Part shown: positions 61,953-64,000 of the stretch, piece by piece
Layout: the number at the start of each line of letters is the position of its first letter
Position numbering within the stretch: the stretch's first letter is position 1
Origin: Antedon mediterranea
Lineage: Eukaryota; Animalia; Echinodermata
Assembly (NCBI RefSeq): GCF_964355755.1
Contig: NC_092672.1
Span: 930,001 to 994,000, forward strand
Reading direction: 5' to 3'
DNA length: 64,000 bases
Position numbers and translations under genes: made by a program
The notes under the pieces: model-generated
Seen by the model: the letters and a program-made list of their open reading frames with translations, nothing else
What the model was told of the DNA's origin: nothing
Database searches by the model: none

Positions 61953-62328
61953 ATGGAAATAATCCTTGAAACCCTATCTGGTTGTTTCTCCGGCTACAAG
62001 CTGCAACTGTATCTTGTATTTGCAGTAGTGTTTTTCCTTACTTACAAATTACTGCAATGCTTCCAAGAAAAGAAGCAAGTATCACCACCTCGAGGACCAA
62101 GAGAATGGCCTATCGTTGGTATGTTACCGAGTTTAGCAGGCAAAGCTCCATACAAGATTCTCAGTCGCATGGCCAAGAGGTATGGTGGAATATTCGCAGG
62201 AAAAATGGGAAATGTTCCTACGATTTTCATCTCAGATTTTGAGTTACTGAAGCAAGCTTTTTGTCAGCCGGGTCATTTGTTTAGTGGCCGACCTTCTGTG
62301 ACAATGTTTGAGTTGAGTAAAGGCCGAG
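61953..62328 (+). CDS. Cytochrome P450 (CYP2 clan), first coding exon; gene presumably continues beyond the window
   Basis: N-terminal TM anchor, proline-rich PPRGPREWPIVGMLP, YGGIF and FSGRP. Donor CGA G|GTAAGT is phase 1, matching the phase of the exon starting at 208 in the first CYP. Confidence 0.9.
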
Positions 62329-63769
62329 GTAAGTTCAGTTTTCATATTATATAGGCCTAATTATGTTGCATCACAGGTCACTGTCACTTTCTCATAATTG
62401 ATAATTGGTAGTAGCCTATAGCACGCAGTACGATGTGTTTTGATTAGATACCAATTAGGCCTCCGTATATCTGACACATTCCTCGAGGCTTTTAAACCTC
62501 ACTCACATCAGATATTCTTTTAAACTGTGTGGTTATTATTTTAATATTTCAACTTTAAGGCGCATATTCTAAGTTGCTATTTGGATACTCTTATTTATGA
62601 CATTAGTCTCAGCCAAAGTCGAAGAGTTCGCACAAAAAAATAGAAAGTATAATTAATGAACTATCGGTGAATGATCTATATAAAAAACTACATGAACATA
62701 AACTATACGTATGTATGTAAGCCTATGAACTGCTCCGGTAATGACCTGTTTAAGGCATACTGACGTTGACAAGCTGTCATGGTTAGACCATTGTCTACCG
62801 AATTATAATGGATTTCAATGGTACTATAATTATTCATATAACCCGAGTAGGCCTACAGATAGAGACATATGGTAGTTTAATAATAGGCCTATATAGTACA
62901 TATAAAACATTGATAGACATGCCTAATGCCTTCAATATTAATCAGACTATCAAAGCATTTATTTAATCAGAGAGATGCAAACTAATACGACATCTCTCTC
63001 AATCAAGCACATCGTCTGGTTTCCAGACGGAGTTTTGTCTTAATATTAGTAAAGAGATTGGCTTCGTGAATCATGCCTACCCTGGATGTTACTAACACAT
63101 AATGTAGCCTATACTATTTGAGTTTGTGTATTTTCACGTCAACTGGCGAACTAACATACAAAAGAGACAATAAACAGACTTGGAGCAGGTAGGTATACCT
63201 CACTGCTTGGAGCGTGTCTATGCAGCACAGTGAGGCGGCCCACGGTTTGTGAAAATAGCCTATGGCACGCACCCGCTATGGCCTCAGCGTAATGCACTAT
63301 ATTATAATATCAGCAGGGGTAATAAATTACACAGTACAATATTTTAGTCTACGTATTCTGTATGGTCTGGCATACCATAATAATGTATGCTTACAAGTAA
63401 ATAATGTATGAAGGTCATCACGGAATTTATTTCCTGAATCTATTATTAGACTTGCAATAGGTCAAGATTCTTCTGTGTGAACGCGAACTTGTGTTTACAA
63501 TTGACAGCTTACAGTTACAATTTAAGTTAATACACAATGGACAATGACACTCACTTTTTGTACAATACTATCCAGGAAGTTGTAAACTGTGGAAGTACGA
63601 CCTTTAAACGCTTTAACTAAAAATCCCAATATTATACACACTATTATTATGCTTGTAACTCGATATTAATGTCAATACAATTGCGACAATGCAATATAAA
63701 ATAGAATATTTAATGAAAGCTATAGTGAAAAGGAAAGTTTGCTGCCCGGTTTGAGGCGAAGGGGAGTGC

Positions 63770-64000
63770 GGAGATTGAGAAAGAGTGGGGAAGATTGAGA
63801 AAGAGTGTGGGAGATTGAGAAAGAGTGGGGGAAGATTGAGAAAGAGTGGGGAGATTGAGAAAGAGTGGGGGAGATTGAGAAAGAGTTGGGGAGATTGAGA
63901 AAAGAGTGGGGAAGATTGGGAGAGGCAAAGTGGGGAAGATTGAAAGAAAACTGGTGAGAGTGGGGGAAGGTTGGTGCAAGAGAATTCCGGGAGATTGAGG
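63770..64000. repeat. Purine-rich ~20-22 bp minisatellite (GAGATTGAGAAAGAGTGGGG)
   Basis: Tandem periodicity, degenerating toward the window end. Confidence 0.9.

Overview
AT-rich, intron-rich animal genomic DNA, probably from a marine invertebrate (host assignment is inference from gene content and repeat types). The window holds, in order: the 3' three exons of a CYP2-clan cytochrome P450 (+); two complete nitric oxide synthase genes arranged head-to-head; an intronless-CDS gene for a fungal Aur1-type inositol-phosphorylceramide (IPC) synthase-like protein (-); and exon 1 of a second CYP2-clan P450 (+). 'NOS-B' (-, 21 exons, ~1076 aa) is highly divergent. 'NOS-A' (+, 23 exons, ~1269 aa) is closer to canonical nNOS. 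Introns and intergenic DNA carry many non-autonomous DNA transposons (PIF/Harbinger MITEs, some nested; Kolobok-, hAT/P-, pogo- and Helentron-like), LINE/SINE remnants and minisatellites. Most notable are (1) the Aur1-like IPC synthase in an animal, (2) NOS-B, which keeps its catalytic residues but appears to have lost the first Zn-ligand Cys, almost all of the C-terminal regulatory tail and an NADPH 2'-phosphate Arg, (3) NOS-A regulatory oddities (30-nt microexon, Glu at the Akt site, tandem CPVM motifs), and (4) a 66-bp tandem array of CRE palindromes between the two NOS genes. Exon boundaries were read by eye from GT/AG sites and frame continuity and are not transcript-verified.
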